Shown here: positions 34,536 through 42,724 of the stretch, one piece after another
Layout: every line of letters begins with the position of its first letter
Position numbering within the stretch: position 1 is the stretch's first letter
Virus record (IMG/VR): IMGVR_UViG_3300017978_000296
Span: 1-62,982 of that record
From: a virus
Reading direction: 5' to 3' (one strand)
Length of the DNA: 62,982 nt
The notes under the pieces: model-generated
Database searches by the model: none
The model's input: the letters and a program-made list of their open reading frames with translations, nothing else
Told to the model about the DNA's origin: nothing
Made by a program: the position numbers and the translations under genes

Positions 34536-36097
34536 TCTACAAAGACAAAAAGGCGGTCGTACTCAAGCTGCGCAATCCTTCACGAGTAACGACAGTCATC
34601 CCCACCGCAGTCGTGGTGGACCACAAAGGACAGAAGCTGGTAGCGGTGCCGCACAGGCCCGACGAGACGCGGGTGCTGCGCAACCTTGGGTTCGACATCC
34701 CGGACCCGATGCCCATCCACTACCAGTTCCCGAAGGTGAGCGGGCGTCACGACCCGTTTGCCGCGCAGCGTGACACTGCATCGTTTCTGGCGATGCACAG
34801 CAGGGCCTTTTGCCTCAACGGCATGGGCACCGGCAAGACCAACAGCGCCCTCTGGGCGTATGACTACCTGCGACGCACCAAGCAGGTCACGAAGATGCTC
34901 GTGGTGTGCCCGCTCTCGACCATGGAGAGAACCTGGGCGGACTCGGTGTTCAACACCTTCCCCCACCTCGATGCGGTCGTGCTGCACGGCACACGCGAGC
35001 GGCGCATCAAGCTGCTCAAGCAGGACGTTCACATTTACATCATCAACATCGACGGGCTGTCGGCCATCAAGGACGAGCTGGCCAAGCGCCCTGACATCGA
35101 CCTGGTTGTAATCGACGAGCTGGCCCTGGCCCGCAACTCGAGCACCGACCGCTGGAAGCTGCTGAACACGATCTGCAACAAGCAGGCCGTGCGCCGTGTG
35201 TGGGGCATGACCGGGTCGCCGACCCCGAACGCTCCGACCGATGCGTGGGCGCAGTGCCGACTGGTGACGCCTGACAACCCGCTGGTGCCCAAGTACTTCG
35301 GCGCGTTCCGCGACAAGGTCATGCGCCAGCTCACGCAGTTCAAGTGGGTCAACCGACCCGAGGCCAACGACGTGGTGTGGCAGATGATGCAACCCGCGAT
35401 CCGCTTCTCCTTGGACGACTGCACCGACCTGCCAGAGCAGACCTTCATCACCCGCGAAGTGGAGATGACACCCGAGCAGAAGAAGGCCTACAAGGACATG
35501 CTGTCCAAGCTGGCCACCGATTACCAGGGTGGGCAGATTCTTGCAGTCAACGAGGCCGTCAAGGCCAACAAGCTGATTCAGATCGCGTGCGGCGTGGCCT
35601 ACGGCACCAACGGCGAGGAGGTGGTGATCCCATCCAAGCCCCGCATGGACGTGCTGAAGGAAGTCATCGAGCAGTCCGAGGGCAAGGTCATCGTGTTCGT
35701 GCCGCTCACCGCGGCGCTCGAGGCGGTGGCAGCAGAGCTGCGCCATGACTGGTCGGTCGAGGTTGTCCATGGGCAGACGAGCAAGTCCGAGCGTGACCGC
35801 ATCTTCGGGGCCTTCCAGCGCCACCCAGACCCACGGGTGCTGGTGGCCAACGCGGCTGCCATGAGCCACGGCCTGACGCTCACCGAGGCCACCACCATCG
35901 TGTGGTACGCCCCAGTCCACAGCAACGAGACCTACGAGCAAGCCTGTGCCCGCGTGCGCCGCCCCGGCCAGACCCGGACCACCGTCATCGTGCACATCGC
36001 GGGCTCAGACGTCGAGCGACGTGTGTACAAGCGGTTGCAGGACAAGCAGTCGATGCAGGGGTTGCTGCTCGACATGATGAAGGAACGACCCGAATGA
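34529..36097 (+). CDS. SNF2/DEAD-like helicase, 522 aa
   Basis: Track ORF. Walker A is GMGTGKT and motif II is VIDELALAR, with helicase-C motifs in the C-terminal half. Confidence 0.9.
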   Translation: MLIYKDKKAVVLKLRNPSRVTTVIPTAVVVDHKGQKLVAVPHRPDETRVLRNLGFDIPDPMPIHYQFPKVSGRHDPFAAQRDTASFLAMHSRAFCLNGMGTGKTNSALWAYDYLRRTKQVTKMLVVCPLSTMERTWADSVFNTFPHLDAVVLHGTRERRIKLLKQDVHIYIINIDGLSAIKDELAKRPDIDLVVIDELALARNSSTDRWKLLNTICNKQAVRRVWGMTGSPTPNAPTDAWAQCRLVTPDNPLVPKYFGAFRDKVMRQLTQFKWVNRPEANDVVWQMMQPAIRFSLDDCTDLPEQTFITREVEMTPEQKKAYKDMLSKLATDYQGGQILAVNEAVKANKLIQIACGVAYGTNGEEVVIPSKPRMDVLKEVIEQSEGKVIVFVPLTAALEAVAAELRHDWSVEVVHGQTSKSERDRIFGAFQRHPDPRVLVANAAAMSHGLTLTEATTIVWYAPVHSNETYEQACARVRRPGQTRTTVIVHIAGSDVERRVYKRLQDKQSMQGLLLDMMKERPE

Positions 36098-36117
36098 AAA
36101 AAGTTAGGAGGTACCCC

Positions 36118-36146
36118 TTGACGAACCGGCAATAAGCAACTACATT
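36118..36146 (+). promoter_or_regulatory. Sigma70-like promoter candidate
   Basis: TTGACG (36118-36123), a 17-nt spacer, then TACATT (36141-36146), 26 nt upstream of ATG 36172. Confidence 0.35.
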
Positions 36147-36171
36147 CATCCACATACAACAGGAGCTAACA

Positions 36172-36558
36172 ATGAAACTGTCAGAAGCAGTTAGTCTGTA
36201 CATCCAGATGCGTGACAAGAAAGCGCAGATGAAGGCAGACTTCGAGGCGAGCGTCGCTCCCCTCACCGAGAAAATGGACAAGCTCGAGGCCAAGTTGCTC
36301 GACGTGTTCAACAAGACCGGCATGGATTCGGTGAAGACCGAGTTCGGCACGGCATACGCCACCACGCGTACCACGGCCAGCGTCGCTGACCGGGAGGCCT
36401 TCATGGAGTACGTGAAGGCCAACGAAGAATGGGCGTTGCTCGAAGTCCGCACGTCCAAGACGGCGGTCGAACAGTACCGCGCCGCCAACGACAACGAGCT
36501 GCCGCCGGGGATCAACCTGCGCGAAGAGCGTGTCGTCAACATCCGCCGTTCGGCGTAA
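36172..36558 (+). CDS. Coiled-coil replication/recombination-associated protein, 128 aa
   Basis: Track ORF with a CAGGAG RBS. Sits between the helicase and the SSB-like gene. Confidence 0.7.
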   Translation: MKLSEAVSLYIQMRDKKAQMKADFEASVAPLTEKMDKLEAKLLDVFNKTGMDSVKTEFGTAYATTRTTASVADREAFMEYVKANEEWALLEVRTSKTAVEQYRAANDNELPPGINLREERVVNIRRSA

Positions 36559-36584
36559 ACTCCTAACCCTTCACTGGAATCAAC

Positions 36585-37544
36585 ATGAACATCATCCCAT
36601 TCGACGGTGCCAAAGGCCTGCCCGCGTACCTCAAGAAAGTCGACGTCTCGGCGCTCAACGCTGACCTCACCTCCCACGCCGGTGGCGGCTTCCCGGTCAT
36701 CTCCATCAAGGGCAAGGTCTTCGCCGTAGTGCGTGACGGCGAGCGCGAAGTGCTGCGCAACCCGAAGGACCCCGAGAGCGCGGCCACCAGCCTGAACGTA
36801 GTGTTGCTAAAAGCCAACAAAGGCACCAGCAAGGTCTTCTACATCAAGGGCTACGACCCCAAGGAGTCCGAGAACCAGAAGCCCGACTGCTACTCGCAGG
36901 ACGGCGTGGCCCCCGCCGCCGACGCCAAGGCCCCTCAGGCCAAGAAGTGCGCCACCTGCCCGCACAACCAGTGGGGCTCGCGCATCACCGAGAAGGGTGC
37001 CTCCAAGGGCAAGGCCTGCTCGGACACCGTGCGCATGGCCGTGGCTCCCGCCGGTCAGTTGAACGACCCGATGCTGCTGCGTGTGCCGCCCGCATCCATC
37101 AAGGGCCTGGGCGAGTACGGCCAGATGCTGGCCAAGCGCGGCGTGGGCTACAACATGGTGGTCACCAAGGTCGCCTTCGACATGGACGCCGAGTCGCCCA
37201 AGCTCACCTTCACCCCCGTGGGCCTGCTCGATGACGACGGCTTCAACGAAGTCCAAGAGGCGCTGAACTCCGACATCGTCAGCAACATCCTGGGTGCAAG
37301 CCTGGCGACCGTTGCCGCTGCCGTGGAAGCCGCCCCGGCTGCCGAGGCCGAGGAAGTCGAGGCCCCCAAGGCCAAGCCCGCAGTGTCCAAGGCCAAGGTC
37401 GTGACCGATGACGAAGTCGAGACCGCGGTCGCCGCTGCCGAAGCCCCCAAGGCCAAGGCTGCACCCAAGCCCGCTGCCAAGCCCGTGGCCACCGTCGATG
37501 ACGACATGGACCTCGACCTGGACGGCATCAGCTTCGACGACTGA
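36585..37544 (+). CDS. Putative ssDNA-binding protein with an acidic C-terminal tip, 319 aa
   Basis: Track ORF. An Ala/Pro/Lys/Glu-rich linker is followed by DDDMDLDLDGISFDD, analogous to SSB/gp2.5 tails. Possible zinc cluster C...CATC...C. The function is inferred. Confidence 0.55.
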   Translation: MNIIPFDGAKGLPAYLKKVDVSALNADLTSHAGGGFPVISIKGKVFAVVRDGEREVLRNPKDPESAATSLNVVLLKANKGTSKVFYIKGYDPKESENQKPDCYSQDGVAPAADAKAPQAKKCATCPHNQWGSRITEKGASKGKACSDTVRMAVAPAGQLNDPMLLRVPPASIKGLGEYGQMLAKRGVGYNMVVTKVAFDMDAESPKLTFTPVGLLDDDGFNEVQEALNSDIVSNILGASLATVAAAVEAAPAAEAEEVEAPKAKPAVSKAKVVTDDEVETAVAAAEAPKAKAAPKPAAKPVATVDDDMDLDLDGISFDD

Positions 37545-37548
37545 TTCC

Positions 37549-37568
37549 GAGGGGGCTTCGGCCCCCTC
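37549..37568 (+). other. Perfect 8-bp GC hairpin with a TTCG loop
   Basis: GAGGGGC-type stem at 37549-37556/37561-37568. No U tract follows. Confidence 0.5.
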
Positions 37569-37600
37569 CCCTTCAACCCAACAACAAACAGAAAGCGCAT

Positions 37601-37798
37601 ATGACCTTCACCATCAACATGACAGCCGACCAGATCAACGCTGTCTTCGCAGGCCTGAACAAGCTCGAGCATGGGCAAGCCCGGGGCCCCTTCGATCACA
37701 TCCTCAGCCAAGTGCAGAAGCAAGAAGCCGCAGCACAAGCCGCAGCACAAGCCGCCCCCGCTCCAGAAGCCGCCCAGTCAACTGGCCTCAGCGACTGA
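37601..37798 (+). CDS. Hypothetical protein, 65 aa
   Basis: Track ORF. Confidence 0.6.
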   Translation: MTFTINMTADQINAVFAGLNKLEHGQARGPFDHILSQVQKQEAAAQAAAQAAPAPEAAQSTGLSD

Positions 37799-37816
37799 GT
37801 TAGGGTTTACCCTAGG

Positions 37817-37842
37817 AGCCCGCTTGCGGGCTTTTTGTTTTT
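37817..37842 (+). terminator. Rho-independent terminator
   Basis: Stem AGCCCGC/GCGGGCT with a 2-nt loop, followed by TTTTGTTTTT. Preceded by the palindrome TAGGGTTTACCCTA (37801-37814). Confidence 0.6.
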
Positions 37843-37903
37843 CTGGAGTACCAAATGCGTTGCTTTTTTACAACAGGGGCGTGCGTTATCGCATGAGGGT
37901 GGC

Positions 37904-40894
37904 ATGAACACCCTCGACTTCCTCAAGACGATCCTTCCAGAGCACGGTATCCACTACCTGGCGCTCTTCCAAGAGGGTCATAGATTCCCAGGTCACAAGG
38001 TCTACCTGGACCTTGAGACGATGGCTGACGCCATCGACAACATGGCGGGCTCCAAGAGCCTGTCCGTCTACCATGCTTGCGCCAGCTACCAGCGTGCCGT
38101 CATTGAAGTCGAGGATGGCGAGAAGACCAAGCGCAAGTACCGCATCCCCGAGAACTGGGACCGCGCCAAGAGCTTCTGGGTCGACATCGACTGCGGCCAG
38201 GAGAAGTTCGACAAGGGCGATGGCTACCTGACCAAGCGCGATGCGGTTGTGGCGGTGTTCCAGTTCTCCGACAAGATCGGCTGGCCACGCCCCATGATCG
38301 TGGACTCCGGCAATGGCATTCACGCTTACTGGCCGCTGACCAAGGACATCGCGTCCGACAAGTGGGTCAAGATTGCCAAGGGGCTGAAGGCCACGTTGTT
38401 CCACTGCGGGGTCATCGCAGACCCAACCCGTACCGCAGACTTCGCATCCATCCTGCGCCCCGCGGGATCGACTAACAGGAAGAACGGCGATGCAAAACCA
38501 GTCATAGTCAAGAGCCAAGGTACGCCCACCGAGCCCAAGGTGTTAGCTACTGCCCTGCAAGAGTTCATGGAACAGCACGGCGTCAAGCTCATCAAGGAAG
38601 CTCCGAAGCGCGAGTACGTGGCCCCTGGCGGACTGAACGACGACCTGATTGCCCACCTACCCCAGTACCCTGACCTGCCCGTGGATGCCAACGCGATGGC
38701 AGACAAGTGTGCACAGGTGGCTGCGATGCGCGACACGCAGGGTGACTTGGGCTATGAGCCCTGGCGCGGCGTGATCGGTTTGCTCAAGCACTGTGTCGAT
38801 GGGCGCGAGCTCGCCGAGCAGTGGAGCGCCAAGCGCGAAGAGACCGGCCACACGCAGGTCGACTGGGACATCCGCTACGACTCATGGGGTGCAGGCCCCA
38901 CGACGTGCGAGTTCTTCCAAGGCTGCAACTCCGGCGGCTGCGAAGGCTGCCCGATGAAGGGCAAGATCAAGACGCCGCTGGTGCTTGGTCGCCAGATGCC
39001 TGTCAACGAAGAGACGGTCGAGGAAGTCGTCACCGAGGACGGCGCTCAGATCGAGGTCGAGGTGCCTGCCCTGATTACAGGCTACACCTGGTCCAACGGC
39101 GTGATGGCCCGCATGATTCCCGACAAGGAAGGCGTGCTCCAGCCACACCCATTCAGCTCAGTGCTGTTCTACCCCACCAGCCGCATTCGCACGGAGGAAG
39201 GGACTTACCGCATCGGTGTTCGCATGCACATGCCCAACCACAAGGTTCGGGACTTCGACATGTCGACTGAGGCCATGGCCAGTCAGACCGACATGCTGCG
39301 TGCGATGGCTCGCTACGAGCTGATGCAGTCCAATCACAAAGACGCAGGATCACACATGGCCGCTTATCTCAGGGACCAGCTCGAGGCGCTCAAGCGCAAC
39401 GTCGAGGAAGTCAACACGCTCACCAGCTTCGGCTGGAGGCCCGACATGAGCGGCTTCCTGCTGGGCGACCGGCTGTACTGCAAGGACGGCACTGTGCGCA
39501 AGGTGTTGGTGGGCTCCGGTGCTGGCAAGTTCGCACCCAACCTGGCTCCGGCCAAGGGCACGCTCGAGCGCTACGCGAGCGCCATCAACTTCATGTACAA
39601 CCGCGAAGGTGCCGAGCACTGGCAGTACGCCGTGTGCTCCGGCTGGGGTTCGATCCTGACGCCCTTCGGCGAGGACCTGTACAAGGGCCTGCTCGTGGCC
39701 ATCCAGGGTGGCGACTCCGGCAAGGGCAAGACCACCGCCTGCTACGCCTCGCTGTATGCGTTTGGCAACGCCGAGAAGATGGCGCTCAAGTCCGAGGACG
39801 GCTTCACGCAGAACGGCCTGTGGGCATTCCTTGGGGTGTTCAACAACCTGCCGGTGCTGCTCGACGAGCTGACCGACATGGACGGCCCGACGTTCTCGAC
39901 ACTCGCCTACGGCATCTCCCGTGGTGAGGAGAAGGTCCGTATGACTTCCAAGGGCGGCGTGGTGGGTTTCGCCAACACAGCCGTATGGCGCATGTCTCCG
40001 TTCGTTACCGGCAACAAGGATTTCCATGGGCTGCTCGCCACCAACCAGGCCAACTCCCAAGCGGAAGCCGTGCGACTCATCCAGATTTCGGTTGACCGCT
40101 ACCCCGTGATCCGCCTGCACGAGACCGAGCAGATCGAGGCCGAGTTGGTCCAGTCAGCGGTCGACGCCATGAAGGCGAACGCCGGAGCCGCGGGCGATGC
40201 GATGCTGCGCCATGTCGTGACCCATCAACGCCAGATGGCCGATGCGGTGCGTGACATGATGAACCGGCTGGCCGAGCACATCCCTGGTACCAAGTACCGC
40301 TTCTACCGCAACCACGGTGCCTGCACGCTGGTGATGGCCAAGGTGGCGCGTGATCTGGGTGTGGTGGACTTCGACCTCGACAAGATGTTCGACTTCACGG
40401 TGGGCATGTTGAAGGACCTGGCCGAGACGGTGGCCGTGACCAACACGGTGACTGCCGAGGATGCCTTCAGCCGCATGATGAGCGCTCTGTCCCATCGCAT
40501 CCTGGTGACGCAGGAGTTCCGCGACAAGCGCAACAAGTCGGGCCCCGAGACACCGCGCAACCGACCCACGGGAGAGATCGCCGGGCGCTTCGTGCTGGGC
40601 TCGACCTCAGCCAAGGAACATGCAGGCCATGTGATCCTGAGCCAGAAGGAAGCCCGCGACTGGTGCATGACCAACCGGGTGGACTTCAACGCGATGCTGG
40701 ACTCGCTCGATCAGCGCACGGCCCTGGTAAAACGCCATGACAAGTTGGTGTTGACCCGTGGCACGGACGTCTCGTTTACCGGTCAGGTTCGTTGTTTCAT
40801 CGTCGATTCCAACAAGTTGGACCGCGACGCGCTAACACTCGTTAGCCACAACCCCGGCGTTGGTGTTGATGAGAAAGCGGTCGGTGATGTATGA
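37904..40894 (+). CDS. Bifunctional primase-polymerase (AEP) / SF3 (D5-like) helicase, 996 aa
   Basis: Track ORF trimmed to ATG 37904. AEP motifs are WVDIDCG and SGNGIHAYW. Has Cys-rich zinc segments and the Walker A GGDSGKGKTT. Confidence 0.9.
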   Translation: MNTLDFLKTILPEHGIHYLALFQEGHRFPGHKVYLDLETMADAIDNMAGSKSLSVYHACASYQRAVIEVEDGEKTKRKYRIPENWDRAKSFWVDIDCGQEKFDKGDGYLTKRDAVVAVFQFSDKIGWPRPMIVDSGNGIHAYWPLTKDIASDKWVKIAKGLKATLFHCGVIADPTRTADFASILRPAGSTNRKNGDAKPVIVKSQGTPTEPKVLATALQEFMEQHGVKLIKEAPKREYVAPGGLNDDLIAHLPQYPDLPVDANAMADKCAQVAAMRDTQGDLGYEPWRGVIGLLKHCVDGRELAEQWSAKREETGHTQVDWDIRYDSWGAGPTTCEFFQGCNSGGCEGCPMKGKIKTPLVLGRQMPVNEETVEEVVTEDGAQIEVEVPALITGYTWSNGVMARMIPDKEGVLQPHPFSSVLFYPTSRIRTEEGTYRIGVRMHMPNHKVRDFDMSTEAMASQTDMLRAMARYELMQSNHKDAGSHMAAYLRDQLEALKRNVEEVNTLTSFGWRPDMSGFLLGDRLYCKDGTVRKVLVGSGAGKFAPNLAPAKGTLERYASAINFMYNREGAEHWQYAVCSGWGSILTPFGEDLYKGLLVAIQGGDSGKGKTTACYASLYAFGNAEKMALKSEDGFTQNGLWAFLGVFNNLPVLLDELTDMDGPTFSTLAYGISRGEEKVRMTSKGGVVGFANTAVWRMSPFVTGNKDFHGLLATNQANSQAEAVRLIQISVDRYPVIRLHETEQIEAELVQSAVDAMKANAGAAGDAMLRHVVTHQRQMADAVRDMMNRLAEHIPGTKYRFYRNHGACTLVMAKVARDLGVVDFDLDKMFDFTVGMLKDLAETVAVTNTVTAEDAFSRMMSALSHRILVTQEFRDKRNKSGPETPRNRPTGEIAGRFVLGSTSAKEHAGHVILSQKEARDWCMTNRVDFNAMLDSLDQRTALVKRHDKLVLTRGTDVSFTGQVRCFIVDSNKLDRDALTLVSHNPGVGVDEKAVGDV

Positions 40895-40936
40895 TCCCTT
40901 CGCTAATTGCCATGTTAGCTCCTCTTGTGGTTGATT

Positions 40937-40965
40937 CCCCCGGCCTTGCGGTCGGGGGTCTTTTT
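40937..40965 (+). terminator. Rho-independent terminator after the primase-helicase gene
   Basis: 9-bp stem at 40937-40945/40950-40958 (one G.U pair), loop TTGC, then TCTTTTT. Confidence 0.6.
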
Positions 40966-40976
40966 AAGGCACTCCA

Positions 40977-41210
40977 ATGAAACTCGTCCTAGACGCCAAA
41001 GAACTGGCGGTGGCGCTGAGTTTGCCCATCACCACCATCCAGCAATACGCCTCGAAGTACCCCGACAAGCTCCCGCCCCGACTGAGCACTCCGAGCCGCA
41101 AGCTCATGTGGTCGGTAAAGGATGTGGAAGCTTGGGTCGAGCGGCACCGCCAGGCAACTTCGCAGCCAGCTCCGCAGGAGTCGGGTTGTAGTACGTCAGC
41201 AACTCATTGA
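40977..41210 (+). CDS. xis: Excisionase/AlpA-like HTH protein, 77 aa
   Basis: Track ORF. LDAKELAVALSLPITTIQQY...MWSVKDVEAWVERH matches the MerR-type excisionase pattern. The 3' end overlaps the integrase 3' end convergently. Confidence 0.7.
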   Translation: MKLVLDAKELAVALSLPITTIQQYASKYPDKLPPRLSTPSRKLMWSVKDVEAWVERHRQATSQPAPQESGCSTSATH

Positions 41211-42114
41211 GGTTGCGGTGGCCAATCACCCTGGCCAACTCCAGCACCTCCAGGAACCTGCTCAACCGCGTGCACGCTTCATGGCGTGAGTCGTGGAAGT
41301 GCAGGTTCCTGATCCCCAGCGCATTGCGCCCCTCCCTGAACTCGGTTCCGATTGACCCCTTGTTGACCGGAAACACCCGAGCACCCCTCTTGGGCACGAG
41401 CTCCAGCAGCTCAACCGCCCTCACCGTCAGCAGCGCCCAACGCTCATCGCCGTTCTTCGACGGCGGCACGTAGACGGTCCTCCCCTCCACATCAGTTGTC
41501 TCCCACTCGAGCTCGGTCAGCTCCTCCAAGCGAATGCCCGTCTCGCAGGCGAACTCGAACATGAATGGCACGTACTGCTTGACCTTGGTCGGCGCACCCC
41601 TGCCGAAGTGCCCCCAGAGCGCGTCGATCTCGGACTGCTTGACCCGCCGCTTGCGCGGCTTGTCCTTGGGCGGCAACGCCACGTCGCGCATTGGGTTTGA
41701 TCTGAGTTTGATCCTCCATCGCTTCATGGCATGCGTCATCAAACTCGAGATGATCGCGGCCTCCCGGCGCACGGTGTTGGCCCTCACCTCGGTGCGGCGC
41801 TTCTCGACCCACTCGGCCAGCGGGTCCCCAATCTCAGTGAGCGCCCAGTCCACCCAGAGCTCGTCGCGCAGCAGCGACTTGAGCCGGTTGGTCGTCCACC
41901 GGTCGCACTCCTCTTCCTTCATGTAGCGCGTGGCCAACGTGCGGAAGGTGGTCTTGGTTGGGTTGACGTGGTCGCCCGCAAGCATGGCGGCCTCGGTCTT
42001 GGTCGCCCACTGCCTGGCCTGCGTCTTGTTGCGGAAAGTCTTGGAGGTGGGCTTGTGGCCCTTCAGCCGGATGAGTGCGCGTACCCGGTCGCCGCGTTCT
42101 TGATAGGTGGCCAT
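41104..42114 (-). CDS. int: Tyrosine integrase, 336 aa
   Basis: Track ORF. The C-terminal catalytic signature is HFHDSRHEA...IGHRNLNELLTYY, and the N-terminal domain is SAM-like. Confidence 0.9.
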   Translation of the reverse strand: MATYQERGDRVRALIRLKGHKPTSKTFRNKTQARQWATKTEAAMLAGDHVNPTKTTFRTLATRYMKEEECDRWTTNRLKSLLRDELWVDWALTEIGDPLAEWVEKRRTEVRANTVRREAAIISSLMTHAMKRWRIKLRSNPMRDVALPPKDKPRKRRVKQSEIDALWGHFGRGAPTKVKQYVPFMFEFACETGIRLEELTELEWETTDVEGRTVYVPPSKNGDERWALLTVRAVELLELVPKRGARVFPVNKGSIGTEFREGRNALGIRNLHFHDSRHEACTRLSRFLEVLELARVIGHRNLNELLTYYNPTPAELAAKLPGGAARPKLPHPLPTT

Positions 42115-42307
42115 GACTGCAATAGTGCACCATAGCTGTACCAGACCGCCAGCAAACCCGCATGGTTACTGGATTCCTCGCCCCATCTCATCAGCACCAT
42201 TTTTGCAACACTGCGTTGAATTGCGTTGCAAATTCAAGCACTTACGATGACCCGGTTGGTACACCGATAGCGTGGTTTAGATGCCACGGTGTACCAAATT
42301 TGTACCA
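42115..42307. promoter_or_regulatory. Candidate attP / integrase control region
   Basis: Non-coding. An 11-bp inverted repeat TTGGTACACCG/CGGTGTACCAA lies at 42256-42266 and 42287-42297. TGTACCA occurs three times in direct orientation. The inverted repeat TTGCAAC/GTTGCAA lies at 42203-42209 and 42225-42231. Confidence 0.35.
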
Positions 42308-42433
42308 TCACTTCTTCTTGGCGAGGCACTTGCCAGCGGCCTTGCACTTGGCCGGGTTGGGGCAGCCAGAGCAGGGCTTGAACGCGCCGGGCTTGCCCGC
42401 GGGCTTCTTCATGGGAGGCATCATAGTCTTCAT
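42308..42433 (-). CDS. Lys-rich 4-Cys peptide, 41 aa
   Basis: Own translation: MKTMMPPMKKPAGKPGAFKPCSGCPNPAKCKAAGKCLAKKK. AAGGAGAA RBS 8 nt upstream of ATG 42433. Confidence 0.45.
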   Translation of the reverse strand: MKTMMPPMKKPAGKPGAFKPCSGCPNPAKCKAAGKCLAKKK

Positions 42434-42458
42434 GGGGAGGTTCTCCTTGGTTAAAAAA

Positions 42459-42713
42459 TCAGCACTTCCAAGCCCGCAGGCTCTTGTTGATCCGGCTGTT
42501 CGGGTCGTTGGCCGTCTTCTCGCTGGTCAGCTTTTTCTTCATGCCTTCCATGCGGGCGCAGAACGAGTCGCGCCGTGGGCCACCCTCCGGCTGCGGGGCC
42601 TTGAGCCCGGGCTTGCCTGGGTTCGCCTTGTTGTAGCTCGCACGCCCCTTGGCGTTCAGGCCGCCATCTGGGTTCTTGCCTTCTTTGCGTGTCCACGCGG
42701 GGGTCTTGGCCAT
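42459..42713 (-). CDS. Small basic protein, 84 aa
   Basis: Track ORF, immediately downstream of the giant gene. Lys/Arg/Pro/Gly rich. Confidence 0.7.
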   Translation of the reverse strand: MAKTPAWTRKEGKNPDGGLNAKGRASYNKANPGKPGLKAPQPEGGPRRDSFCARMEGMKKKLTSEKTANDPNSRINKSLRAWKC

Positions 42714-42724
42714 AGGGTTTCTCC

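Noticed and set aside
42115-42307. tRNA gene or tRNA-derived attP core next to the integrase
   Set aside because: No T-loop (GTTCGAATC-like) with a matching acceptor stem could be found on either strand. No cloverleaf-compatible sequence was seen elsewhere in the window either.
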